IMG/VR virus record: IMGVR_UViG_3300039916_000013
Location: 1 to 56,808 of that record
Length of the DNA: 56,808 bases
Direction: 5' to 3' (one strand)
From: a virus
Taxonomy: Duplodnaviria; Caudoviricetes
The position numbers and the translations under genes were made by a program. Each line of letters opens with the position of its first letter. The stretch's first letter is position 1. Below the pieces are notes generated by a model. That model did no database searches, was not told where the DNA came from, and was given only the letters and a program-made list of their open reading frames with translations. Shown here one piece after another: positions 1 through 8,985 of the stretch.

Positions 1-188
1 CCGATTCGCTCGCGCTCTACACGATCGAGGCGCTGCCTCAGATCCATGATCACATCACGAGCGCCATAGACGCGGGACTGCGCTTGCATGAGTTCGTCAA
101 CCTTGCACCCACGCCTCATATCATAAGTCGCGAAGGAAGCGCACTTACATGCTGCCAAGGCGTCGGAGACTGCTAAACTGCTACGCCA

Positions 189-524
189 CTATGAAAGAGC
201 GAAATGCGACAGAACCGCATCTGCGGTGATCTTGCATTTTTTATCTTCTGGATCCGGATCTTCCTCATAGGCGATCGCCCTGTTCCATGCCAAGCTCTGC
301 AAGGCAACTATGACGGTTCGCGTATTCCATCCAGCTTGAGCCGCGCGGTCGATCAGATCCTTCAGCGGCAGGTCGAGAGCTTCCTCGCAATTGGAAGCAT
401 ATTCCGGATGGGTCTTCGGGTGCTCTGGCGACGGTACGTTCACGGTGGTACTCCCTTTGGGGACCATGAACAAAGCCATCGGGGAGTCGTTCCATGGGCT
501 GAACCGGCTCGGTACGCTCGACAA
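189..524 (-). CDS. Hypothetical protein (true start probably downstream, at MALFMV)
   Basis: ORF with protein-like composition (CEEALDLPLKDLIDRAAQAGW), divergent from 601..843. Confidence 0.55.
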   Translation of the reverse strand: MSSVPSRFSPWNDSPMALFMVPKGSTTVNVPSPEHPKTHPEYASNCEEALDLPLKDLIDRAAQAGWNTRTVIVALQSLAWNRAIAYEEDPDPEDKKCKITADAVLSHFALS

Positions 525-574
525 CCCTTGGTCTGGTACCGTTCATTGATTCCAGCACCGATCTAGGTACGTTC
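501..574. promoter_or_regulatory. Degenerate alpha-type LexA boxes in the divergent promoter region
   Basis: GAAC-cggctcg-GTAC at 501-515 and GATC-taggtac-GTTC at 560-574, versus the GTTC-N7-GTTC / GAAC-N7-GAAC consensus. Confidence 0.4.
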
Positions 575-600
575 CGATCCGTAATGAACGGAGACGGTGG

Positions 601-843
601 ATGTCGACCAAGGGAAAGCTCATTGTGCTTGCGGCATTCGTCAGGAACGAAGACGGGGAACTTGTGCCTGCCTTCGACCCGCGCCAAGTGGAGACGGCAG
701 CGCGAGTCAGACTGGACGCCCTATTGCTTGGGGATCATTACGCCGGCGTCGTGGCCTGGAGCCGGGAGGCCGACGCTGCGGCCGGAGAGTATGGGCCACC
801 TATGGTCATCTACCAGCGAGGCGAGATACCGGACCTAGAATGA
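601..843 (+). CDS. Hypothetical protein
   Basis: 80-aa ORF, GGAG RBS, stop overlaps next ATG (ATGA). Confidence 0.75.
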   Translation: MSTKGKLIVLAAFVRNEDGELVPAFDPRQVETAARVRLDALLLGDHYAGVVAWSREADAAAGEYGPPMVIYQRGEIPDLE

Positions 844-1268
844 ACATCAAAACAGCAATCGCGATCCTCGCCCTCGCAACACCAGCTGCCGCCATCGAGA
901 TCTGCACTGGAGAAAACCGTGCTGAGCGGAAAGTGACCTGTGTCGTCGACGGCGACACAATATGGCAGAACGGCGTGAAGATGCGTCTGCTTGAGATCGA
1001 CACGCCAGAGACGTTCGAAGCCCAGTGTGATCGTGAGAAACATTTGGGGGAGAAAGCGAAGCTGCGATTGCATGCGCTGATGTCGAATGGATATCGACTG
1101 GCAGACAGCGGCACGAAGGATCAGACTTCGGATCAGCGCAATCTGGTTCATGTCATACTTCCCGATGGAAGAGATGCGGGAAAGGTCTTGGTCAGGGAAG
1201 GCTTGGCCCAGCAGTGGCCGAACAAGGGCAACAGGTGGTGCAACGGCCGGCAGGGTACAAGCCGATAG
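840..1268 (+). CDS. Secreted thermonuclease (SNase-like) family protein
   Basis: Signal peptide MNIKTAIAILALATPAAA; motifs VVDGDT, RLLEIDTPE, LVREGLA. Confidence 0.9.
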   Translation: MNIKTAIAILALATPAAAIEICTGENRAERKVTCVVDGDTIWQNGVKMRLLEIDTPETFEAQCDREKHLGEKAKLRLHALMSNGYRLADSGTKDQTSDQRNLVHVILPDGRDAGKVLVREGLAQQWPNKGNRWCNGRQGTSR

Positions 1269-1671
1269 CCACTTTCGGATTTAGTTTTATACCGCTCGGC
1301 TTGCGCGGATCACGTAACATGAGCGGGCGCGCTCGTCCTCCAGCAACGGAAACAGTTGAGTTTGGGAGAAAGTCAGTTAACGCAACGAAAACAATAAGGT
1401 TTGCGCTCGACTACCCCTCTGCCCTCCCATTGAATTTGTTGCAGTCTTTTGAACGACGCCCTCGCAGTTTAAGACAGCCGGAGTTCACGCTCAATCAAGG
1501 CGCCACCATATAAGTGCCTACCCCTTGCCGGGAAAACACTGCCAAGGCCGCTGCAGCACTCATGCTGGTATTTCACATTGTGAGATTGATAGGCCGCATT
1601 CTTGCAATCCGTCTTCCTGTCACCTATCTGTCTGCAGCATTCGAGGCGGAGAATAATGGGAGGGGCACAGA

Positions 1672-2106
1672 ATGGAAGCAAAAGGCTTCACAGTTCCAAT
1701 CGGAACGTCGGTCACGTCCGATGAAGGTCGCTACAATACTACCAGTGAGATTACATATCTCGTAACTGGACGCGAAACGACGGACGTTGCCAGGCTGATA
1801 GCTTTGTATGTCGGAGTTCGGTTTGGTCCATTTAACAACGGCGATGTTCCAAACAACCACGCCACCGGCGTGGACGAGTTTCGGACTGAAATACTGGCCG
1901 CTCAGAAGCTGACGGGATCAATTGAGATACTTGGCGCGATTGAAGCGCGTGATGTCAACGGTTTTAAATGGCTGCGAGTCACGGCCCGCGAGCAGGACAG
2001 GGTTCGCGTATATTTCGATAGCGTCGCTACCGGCGTCGAGATCGAGCCAGCAGTCCATCGCAATCGCGCAGAGACGATAGCCGAAGGGCTTATTAGCCAA
2101 TTCTAA
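1672..2106 (+). CDS. Hypothetical protein (paralogue of next gene)
   Basis: 144 aa, GGAGG RBS; shares GS-x-I...W-RV-A-E...RV pattern with 2122..2562. Confidence 0.8.
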   Translation: MEAKGFTVPIGTSVTSDEGRYNTTSEITYLVTGRETTDVARLIALYVGVRFGPFNNGDVPNNHATGVDEFRTEILAAQKLTGSIEILGAIEARDVNGFKWLRVTAREQDRVRVYFDSVATGVEIEPAVHRNRAETIAEGLISQF

Positions 2107-2121
2107 CGTAGGAGAGACACA

Positions 2122-2562
2122 ATGCAGGCTGGATACCTTCAGGTTAATAGCGGGCTGACTATCAACGATGGTGTTCGCGATTTCGCGCCATGCTCGAACG
2201 AGTCGTTTGTCGTCGTAGCTGACACGATCAAAAACGGCGTAGCGGCCTTGTCAGAGCTGACGCCTGCACTCGGGATGGATCGGACTGAAGCCTATACGAC
2301 GTCATTCTACCAGCACTCCAATTCCGATACACTTAAGGAGATGGTCGAACGCGCTAATAGACACCTCGGATCGGTTAGGATTGAGTCCGTGGTCGCGATC
2401 TATTCTTCAGATGATATTGCTTGGATCCGCGTCAAGGCCTTCGAAGGTGCTAAAGAACGCGTTATCTACCAGAACCCCAATACGAGTACAAAAAATTTGC
2501 TCGTGAAAGTCACGCATCCCTTCGCCGAAGATCTACGCGAAACGGTTCTCTCCTACTTCTAA
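2122..2562 (+). CDS. Hypothetical protein (paralogue of previous gene)
   Basis: 146 aa, AGGAG RBS, 15 nt after previous stop. Confidence 0.8.
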   Translation: MQAGYLQVNSGLTINDGVRDFAPCSNESFVVVADTIKNGVAALSELTPALGMDRTEAYTTSFYQHSNSDTLKEMVERANRHLGSVRIESVVAIYSSDDIAWIRVKAFEGAKERVIYQNPNTSTKNLLVKVTHPFAEDLRETVLSYF

Positions 2563-2623
2563 AATTAGCCGCCTTCGTGCGGCTTTCGTCCAACAGTAGC
2601 GCGAACATTAAGATATTGTTTAA

Positions 2624-3214
2624 TCAGGCTAAGCGGCCTAGGATCGGACCTACATCGTTGGCAACAAGCCGTATCGAACCAACCAATTCGGAATGATCCG
2701 CATCGTCTGCACAGATATGCTCTTGCGGGTCGTGGAGCATCGATCGAAGTCTCGCAATGATAAGAGTTCGCTCCGTACTGACTTTGCCCTTCGTCGCCTC
2801 GAACGGAGTACGTGACATTTCGATGTCGCAATGCTCGGGCAAACCAGGCAATGGGTGTAAATGGACCTCAAGTGTGAAGATATCAGTTGATGCGCAGTGT
2901 ATCGCGCCTACTGACATTAGGTAGTAGCCGCGATAAAAGGTCCGCTCAAAATTGGCGCCCGTCTCATCTGCTTTTGTACGATTTGCAGCGTTGGTTCTGA
3001 CGGCAACCCTACATCCGTAGTCGTGCCTAGATTCATGGGTTGGTAGCATTTTACCGCTGCCTAATGAGAGCGTGTAGTATTTGCTACCGTCGGAGCGGTA
3101 TTCGCCTCGAAGATCTGCAACTGCCTTTGCAGGCGAGATAACTCCCGAGATCACCATTCTCGGGAGAAGAGCAGCTCTGGTAACCGTCTCATCATCCTGC
3201 AGCATGCGTCTCAC
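2624..3214 (-). CDS. Hypothetical protein, possible toxin (ADP-ribosyltransferase/RES-like)
   Basis: Third gene of overlapping operon; DDETVTRA...TLS...HPLPGLPEHCDI pattern; function inferred. Confidence 0.6.
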   Translation of the reverse strand: MRRMLQDDETVTRAALLPRMVISGVISPAKAVADLRGEYRSDGSKYYTLSLGSGKMLPTHESRHDYGCRVAVRTNAANRTKADETGANFERTFYRGYYLMSVGAIHCASTDIFTLEVHLHPLPGLPEHCDIEMSRTPFEATKGKVSTERTLIIARLRSMLHDPQEHICADDADHSELVGSIRLVANDVGPILGRLA

Positions 3215-3782
3215 GGGTCAGCTGCGGAAACCTCGCGAGATATGCATCAAGCGCCTTTCCCTGAATTGGAAGCTGCGGATATGAGCACTCCACCAAGCTA
3301 GCGGAATGGACGTCTAGCACACCTATCTCACCGCCACTGACAGTCATATAACGTGTTACTTTACTCGTATCCCAAGTAAAAACGACAGCATCTCCACCGT
3401 GCGAGAAAATTTGAGGAGGTGGGATATCGTACAGATTGAGGTACCCGAGGATCTGCTCCGCCTCTTCTTTCGTCTCAGAATCGATGGCTTGATCAGATCC
3501 ATCCGGCAGGGACGCCATTCGAGCGATTACACTATAAACGTTGAAGAACTGAGCAGCATGCAAGGCAGCAGTTCCGAGTGACGACGATAGTGATCTAAGA
3601 GGTATGTAATACTGCGTGTCTACAACATCGCTTTCCGACTCACGAACTGAGGCATCAGTTTCATGGATCCACCTTGATCTAGGCGGGGGCGCTGTGCTGA
3701 TGCCGCCTGAACTTGAAAGCAGATGGGGTCGGTCGATTACAGTGGAGACTGATGTTCCGTCCAGTAGAACGTATGATTTCAC
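3192..3782 (-). CDS. Hypothetical protein, possible antitoxin-like middle gene
   Basis: Low-complexity Ser/Pro N-terminus, then PPPQIFSHGGDAVVFTW domain; overlaps both neighbours. Confidence 0.65.
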   Translation of the reverse strand: MKSYVLLDGTSVSTVIDRPHLLSSSGGISTAPPPRSRWIHETDASVRESESDVVDTQYYIPLRSLSSSLGTAALHAAQFFNVYSVIARMASLPDGSDQAIDSETKEEAEQILGYLNLYDIPPPQIFSHGGDAVVFTWDTSKVTRYMTVSGGEIGVLDVHSASLVECSYPQLPIQGKALDAYLARFPQLTRETHAAG

Positions 3783-4516
3783 GAAAGAGCCTCCACTCCT
3801 GCGATCTCCCTAATGCGCAAAACCTCTTCACCAATTGCTTCCCATATTCTCTCCTGCTTCGCGGGATCAATGGGCAATGTCGTTGGGACAGAATTAACGT
3901 CTACGTGTGTTATAGCTGCAAAAACATCGTGGGCCACAACGGATTCGGAGGTCCCGTCGCCGCTAACCATCTGAAACGCTCCAACCATAAAGCGCATTAG
4001 CCTATTAAGTATGAAGTCGTCTTGATCAAAGGACTTGCGTCTGTTCACTTGAAAGGTGAAGTCTGACCCATCCTCAAAGGAGATTGGGTTGCCGGACTGA
4101 GAAGTAACGAGAGAAAAGCCCTGCGCATAAGTCTCCATCGGCTCAGCCAACTGAACAACCATAGCGAGCCTATTGATAGTTGGTAAAACCAGTGCTGCGC
4201 TACGCGCGCGCCCGATTACGCGCACCAGCTGATCGTCCGTATCCGTGATCAAAGGAGGAATACTCACGTTTTCATCAATGAACGGGCTCAAGCTAAACTC
4301 AACGCGGCCGAACTGAACAGAAGTGCGTACTTGAAGAGATCCAATCAGACCCGTTGCGACAGCCAACGATGGATTGCCAATGGTTGGTGCTTTTGACGTC
4401 TGAACACTATCGGGCTCCTGCCCCATCATGAATTCGTATAGGTTGGCAGCATCCTTCTGCCGTGCTTCCGATGTGAACCAGACAAGCTGGATCGACATAG
4501 CATCCCAATTACTCAT
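3779..4516 (-). CDS. Hypothetical protein, TIGR04255-like by eye
   Basis: 245 aa; GRVEF, INRLA, DFTFQVNR and DVNS motifs; GTGA overlap with next gene. Confidence 0.65.
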   Translation of the reverse strand: MSNWDAMSIQLVWFTSEARQKDAANLYEFMMGQEPDSVQTSKAPTIGNPSLAVATGLIGSLQVRTSVQFGRVEFSLSPFIDENVSIPPLITDTDDQLVRVIGRARSAALVLPTINRLAMVVQLAEPMETYAQGFSLVTSQSGNPISFEDGSDFTFQVNRRKSFDQDDFILNRLMRFMVGAFQMVSGDGTSESVVAHDVFAAITHVDVNSVPTTLPIDPAKQERIWEAIGEEVLRIREIAGVEALS

Positions 4517-4735
4517 TCAAAGACTCTCTGTAGGCGACCTGCTGAGACAAGTGCAACAATAACGCGACATATTCAAGGTGTGTCGCAGGGTACCATTACG
4601 TATGTTGTCAAATTAAGATTTCAATTGCGTAACCAAGCAGGCCGTTCGTGCCTTTCCATTTCGACCCTGAACAACGCAATGTGCTAGTCGTTCCCAGCCA
4701 CCCTTCAACGCCTAAGCAGCATTAGATACTGCAGC

Positions 4736-5206
4736 TCACGGATAGAATTTCGTCATCGTTGTCCAAAGGGGGTGGCAACGATGGAACACCTGCACAAAAC
4801 TGTTCTCTCGCACCTCGCCGGCCGGCATCGTCAACCGCCAGGGTCCGACGCGCTGCGTCCCAACTGCCCGGTTTGGGCTCGACGTATCATCTGGATCCTT
4901 GACCGGTATCATTGAGATCCGCTCGAAGTCGTTCGCCTCGCTTCCGCGATACCAGGCGATTCCCATGTACTCGCAGTTTCGGAGCTTTGTGAACTCAGCG
5001 CGCACCATGCTTGTCTCTGACGTGACCTCGTCGACGCTCAGGATCGTCAGCTTGCTCAGCACCGGCCGGTACCGCGTCTCGAGCGCAGGCCCGAGGACAA
5101 AGAAGCAGTATATGGCGCACATGATCCCGATCGTGCCGCAGAAAGCTTTGATCAGGGCAAGGCCGCTTGGCAGCGGCACACTTGCATCAAGGAGATGGCG
5201 GGACAT
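4736..5206 (-). CDS. Membrane-anchored periplasmic phage protein (lysis region)
   Basis: N-terminal TM segment, two later Cys; overlaps upstream membrane gene. Confidence 0.7.
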   Translation of the reverse strand: MSRHLLDASVPLPSGLALIKAFCGTIGIMCAIYCFFVLGPALETRYRPVLSKLTILSVDEVTSETSMVRAEFTKLRNCEYMGIAWYRGSEANDFERISMIPVKDPDDTSSPNRAVGTQRVGPWRLTMPAGEVRENSFVQVFHRCHPLWTTMTKFYP

Positions 5207-5468
5207 TGAACCCTCCTTTCACGATGAAGGTTAGTATGGTTGCGATGAGCGGACCAAAGAAGGCGATCAGCAGCCATTTGCCGATGCTCCAAAGGCCTTT
5301 CACAGACTCTTCGATACGGTCCTGATTTTCCTCGAAACGCTTGTCGCGCTCATCGCGAACAGCGCTCTGCGTCTTCAGCAGAGCAACTTCGTTCGTCAGG
5401 GCGGTAAGGCTGGATGCAAGCTGCGTGTGATCCTTACGCAGCATTTCGGTGCTGTCGGAGCTAGTCAT
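5187..5468 (-). CDS. Coiled-coil protein with C-terminal TM (holin/XhlA-like candidate)
   Basis: Heptad-rich N-terminus plus WLLIAFFGPLIATILTFIV. Confidence 0.7.
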   Translation of the reverse strand: MTSSDSTEMLRKDHTQLASSLTALTNEVALLKTQSAVRDERDKRFEENQDRIEESVKGLWSIGKWLLIAFFGPLIATILTFIVKGGFNVPPSP

Positions 5469-5542
5469 GTCGTCGGAAACCCCACAGCTGAGAATGGCAG
5501 AAATAGCGAAGTCGGCAGGTGTTGACTCATGTCAAAGAATTA

Positions 5543-5557
5543 GAACATAGTAAGAAC
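5543..5557 (+). promoter_or_regulatory. Alpha-type LexA (SOS) box over a sigma70-like promoter
   Basis: Perfect GAAC-atagtaa-GAAC; TTGACT -35 at 5522-5527. Confidence 0.8.
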
Positions 5558-5658
5558 GAAGTGCCGCATGAGGTCGGCAATCAACATCCTATTCGAAGGC
5601 GAACACGTGCCCCGTGCGCGAGCGAGAACCCGTGTCCGAAAGACAGACGAAACCTGCT

Positions 5659-5898
5659 ATGCCGCTTCCAACGCTCCGAGACTATCGCGCCGAGACCGTC
5701 GAGATGGTCTGCACCCCATGCGCCCGACAAGGCGTTTTCAGCCACAAGAGCTTGGTCAAGAAATTCGGAGCAGATGCGGAGTTCGTCCAGATCCGGCGCG
5801 TACTGGCAATGGGATGCGAGCACGCCGGGACCGAGAAATGTCGGGCAAGATTTCCCTGCCTCCTGCAAGCGCAAATCCTCTGGGAGCCACGCCGATGA
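5659..5898 (+). CDS. Small Cys-rich (putative Zn-binding) protein
   Basis: MPLPTLRDY...CTPC...C...C; downstream of LexA box. Confidence 0.7.
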   Translation: MPLPTLRDYRAETVEMVCTPCARQGVFSHKSLVKKFGADAEFVQIRRVLAMGCEHAGTEKCRARFPCLLQAQILWEPRR

Positions 5899-6098
5899 GC
5901 GACGAGACCAGGACAGCCCTAAGCGGACCAACAACGCTCTTCGTCCATTGGTGCTGCATACCGTCATGCAAGCAGTGGGGCGGCTTCGGCTTTTCGAGCA
6001 ATCGCGGTGAGCCGCAGTGGTGGTGCTGGGAGCACTACCCCCACAAACCAAACCAGGCGCGCAGTGAAGCGGCCGAGATTGCCGAGATGCTACGGTGA
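5895..6098 (+). CDS. Small Cys/His/Trp-rich protein
   Basis: ATGA-coupled; HWCCIPSCKQWGGFG...WWCWEH. Confidence 0.7.
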   Translation: MSDETRTALSGPTTLFVHWCCIPSCKQWGGFGFSSNRGEPQWWCWEHYPHKPNQARSEAAEIAEMLR

Positions 6099-6140
6099 GC
6101 GTCTCGGCAGAAGCTAACAGCGTAAAAGCGTGAGATTGCG

Positions 6141-6446
6141 ATGACGAAATCGGACACGAATGCGGGCTTCAAAGCTTGGTGGGACTTGCTCTCAGACGAA
6201 ACAAAGGCGGGGATTGATCGCCGCGTGGCGTGGATGGCATTCGTGGCAGGCAGCAGACACCGGATGTATCCCCCAAAGAACACCTATCGTTTTCGCGCCG
6301 GCCGTTGGATCGTCACTGTGACCGCCGACACTGTCGAAGATGCCCGCATGAAGGCTGTTGAGAAGCTGGACCAACGGGCGGAGAAGTTGGGGGCCACACC
6401 TCCGCCAAGCGGTTGGCCCCTAACTAAGCTGGCAGGCTCAGCTTAA
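6141..6446 (+). CDS. Hypothetical protein
   Basis: 101-aa ORF followed by hairpin. Confidence 0.65.
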   Translation: MTKSDTNAGFKAWWDLLSDETKAGIDRRVAWMAFVAGSRHRMYPPKNTYRFRAGRWIVTVTADTVEDARMKAVEKLDQRAEKLGATPPPSGWPLTKLAGSA

Positions 6447-6452
6447 AGGCCC

Positions 6453-6470
6453 GCCCCCCATCAAGGGGGC
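6453..6470. terminator. GC hairpin between convergent genes
   Basis: GCCCCC-catcaa-GGGGGC; weak U-tract. Confidence 0.45.
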
Positions 6471-6514
6471 TGCTTGGGCTGGAGATCCGCAACCTTCTAC
6501 TTTGACCAGCGTCA

Positions 6515-6844
6515 CTACTTCCAGCTTCGGCCTTCAGAATATCCGCTCCGTCTGAAATGCTCGCGTACTGCGGTAAGCGTATCTTCATTGCTACTTTTCA
6601 AGCTATCAGCGACGTCCGCGTTGCGTTCCAGATATGTTTTGGAATCGAAGCCATCAAAACCGGGAAACCTACCTTCAGCGAGGCCACTCTTACGGAAGTG
6701 ATCGAAACCACTTTGGAAATCGCCACGACGAACTGCCGCAGCGACATCCGGATGAGAATTCAGATAGTCCTTCTCGTTGTAAAGGTTGAGAGAGCGATAC
6801 AGGCTTTCTGCAGAGGCTTCCCGTTTAGACCGCTTGAAGAACAT
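6515..6844 (-). CDS. Small protein made of two YL-x2-(N/H)-x-DVA...HF-x3-G-x2-EGR repeats
   Basis: YLNSHPDVAAAVRRGDFQSGFDHFRKSGLAEGR and YLERNADVADSL...EHFRRSGYSEGR. Confidence 0.75.
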   Translation of the reverse strand: MFFKRSKREASAESLYRSLNLYNEKDYLNSHPDVAAAVRRGDFQSGFDHFRKSGLAEGRFPGFDGFDSKTYLERNADVADSLKSSNEDTLTAVREHFRRSGYSEGRSWK

Positions 6845-6908
6845 AGCATTTTCCTCTGAAAGGCACTTTCACAGATCTATATTGCAGTGCAGCAAGCTCG
6901 TCTAGTGA

Positions 6909-7433
6909 TCAAAGGCTCGCTGGCTGCACCAGCAGATCCGGAACCTTGGACATGATAATGTCTTGCAAGGCGTTGGGCGTGACGCCGAGCTTCTGCAGCG
7001 CTTCCGGGTTCTTTTCCTCGACATACTTTGTCGCGTCTCGCAGCATCGCGCTGGTGATCGCCGAAGCAGTAACGCTGGCAATCGACCCGCCAGCAATACC
7101 GGATCGAGCAAGTGCAAACTTCAGAGCGTTGGCGGCCGAGTCGTGAAGGGCTTGGCGAAGTTTCGCTTGAATGTCGAGCTGCTGCTTTTCGTCAGCTACC
7201 TTCAGTAACGAGATCAGACGCGCCGAGATCCACGTGATCAGCACGGGCCCCACGATCGACCCGAGCAGAACGACGAGCGGCTGAACGATAGCCCAGAGGT
7301 CGAACCAGATGGACGACCGAGCGATGACGGGCGCAGCCTCCTGCGCATGCGCCGGCTGCAGAGTGATTGCGAGAACGAACAAAATAGCGAGCAGCGCAAA
7401 GAAACGCGCCGCGATCATATCGATGCGGATCAT
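6909..7433 (-). CDS. Lysis-associated membrane protein (holin/spanin candidate)
   Basis: Signal-like N-terminus (AHA), TM helix, directly after endolysin. Confidence 0.65.
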   Translation of the reverse strand: MIRIDMIAARFFALLAILFVLAITLQPAHAQEAAPVIARSSIWFDLWAIVQPLVVLLGSIVGPVLITWISARLISLLKVADEKQQLDIQAKLRQALHDSAANALKFALARSGIAGGSIASVTASAITSAMLRDATKYVEEKNPEALQKLGVTPNALQDIIMSKVPDLLVQPASL

Positions 7434-7463
7434 AGGAAAGTTCCTTGTTTCGAGTGGTTGGTT

Positions 7464-8195
7464 TCAGAGCTTGGATTGGACCATGGCGCGCATCTGGTCG
7501 CCGATCGCGGCCGCGCCCTGGATCGATGCGTCGAAAGGCAGTCGAGCGATGTCCCATTTGCCTTTCTGCTTGATGCCGAGGTTCGTTTGCACCTCGGCAT
7601 GGCTGAGAACTGTCTTGCGGCTGACCTGGATGCCGTAGCGCTTGCAGAGCTGCGCCAAGACGTTTGCCAGTTCATCCCATTGGACGCGCGTGATAGGTTG
7701 CTTGCCGGCACTGAATGGGATCTCAACGGCGTCGGCCATGCCGCAAAGCGACACGCCGATAAAACCAGTGTTGCAGTTCAGCGTGTGCTGCGCATAGCCA
7801 GTCTTCGATTTCGGGAGGCTGTTGAGGTCGATCGAAGGAACGCCGCGGACGTGTTTGCCATCGTTCTCGATCAGGACGTGGTAGTGAGAACGATCGAGGT
7901 CACTGGCTTTGTTCTGTCCGGCAGTCCAGTGGAATACGATGCCGATGATCTTGGCATCAGGCATCCACGCGGAAGGGACCAGGTTCTCCCTCGTGTCGAT
8001 CGAGGTCGTCGGGACCGGTGGTGGCAGCGAGGTTGGAGGCGTGGCAGCAAGACTGCGCAGCTTCTCCAGCTCATCGAGCGCCGAATTTAAGGCGTCGTCA
8101 GCCTCTTTGCCGTAATCGCCGTCGGCGCCGTACTTCGGTAGCGAGAAGCCAAGCATGAGCAAGCGCTTCTGCGTTTTCTGCAGAGACGAGTTCAT
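7464..8195 (-). CDS. Endolysin, N-acetylmuramoyl-L-alanine amidase with N-terminal peptidoglycan-binding domain
   Basis: QKRL..LG....GADGDYG binding motif; amidase motifs FHWTAG, HYHVLI, NTGFIGVSL, LSHAEV; AAGGA RBS before ATG 8195. Confidence 0.9.
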   Translation of the reverse strand: MNSSLQKTQKRLLMLGFSLPKYGADGDYGKEADDALNSALDELEKLRSLAATPPTSLPPPVPTTSIDTRENLVPSAWMPDAKIIGIVFHWTAGQNKASDLDRSHYHVLIENDGKHVRGVPSIDLNSLPKSKTGYAQHTLNCNTGFIGVSLCGMADAVEIPFSAGKQPITRVQWDELANVLAQLCKRYGIQVSRKTVLSHAEVQTNLGIKQKGKWDIARLPFDASIQGAAAIGDQMRAMVQSKL

Positions 8196-8323
8196 ATCGA
8201 TTTCCTTGAAATGCCCCGTTTCAGAACAGGGGCTGTGGATGTTTACGAAGCGTTGAGGCTGGGGACGCTCATTCTTGGAAGGCGGCGCCATGCAGTGCTT
8301 TGATCGACGGATAGGAGGATCAG

Positions 8324-8410
8324 ATGCGGAACCTGTCCACACTGTTCGCGATCGTCGCGGCCGTTGCTGCAGTGCTCTATGTCGCTGCAGTTTTCATGAG
8401 TTACTGGTGA
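8324..8410 (+). CDS. 28-aa hydrophobic micro-protein
   Basis: AGGAGG RBS; MRNLSTLFAIVAAVAAVLYVAAVFMSYW (single TM); below ORF-track cutoff. Confidence 0.6.
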   Translation: MRNLSTLFAIVAAVAAVLYVAAVFMSYW

Positions 8411-8970
8411 GACAAAAACGCCAGTTGGCTTTGATAGAGCTTCAGTCTATCTACGCTCGCCATCGGATTTCATTCGGGCTGGCGGCCAGAGGTCTAGCGT
8501 AGCGGACCGCACCTTCAAGTGCGCGCTAGACTTCTGTGCCAGGCTAGATCTGGCATATGGCAAATCAAGCGACCGACCGTTACCCTCAGGGTGCCGTGGT
8601 GTTCCCCCAAGTTTGCTTGCCACGGTAGAGGCTCGGCGTTTGGGTGGTCCTTCCCTTCGACTAGCGCTGGGCCTCACTTTTTGTCAGTAAACTTCAACAG
8701 TTGCCATAACACCACTCGGCTGCTTACTAGGCCGCAACTACTTCCGAGGGACGGGGGTAGTTCTGGAGAGCCGACTGCGCCGCCGCAACGTCGGCTCTCC
8801 TTCAAATCATCACAACTAGCGAATCAGTCTCGCGCTCGCTACGTTTTCTGCGTCGCGGCAAGTTCGACAGTTGCTGCGGCAGAGGCTCGGCGTTGGGTCT
8901 CCAATTCCCTACAGTTGCGCCGAGCCTCACTTGTCATCAGTAAAGATACGTAGTTGTGGCGACATTCCAA

Positions 8971-8985
8971 GAACATTTAAAGAAC
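8971..8985 (+). promoter_or_regulatory. Alpha-type LexA (SOS) box
   Basis: Perfect GAAC-atttaaa-GAAC, 4 nt before element B2. Confidence 0.75.

Noticed and set aside
1-188. Left att site or partial gene at the window edge
   Set aside because: No direct repeat shared with the right end was noticed; the short - strand frame running off the edge is unidentifiable
597-839. N-terminal extension of the 223-aa nuclease ORF
   Set aside because: Overlaps the better ORF 601..843; the signal peptide starts at ATG 840
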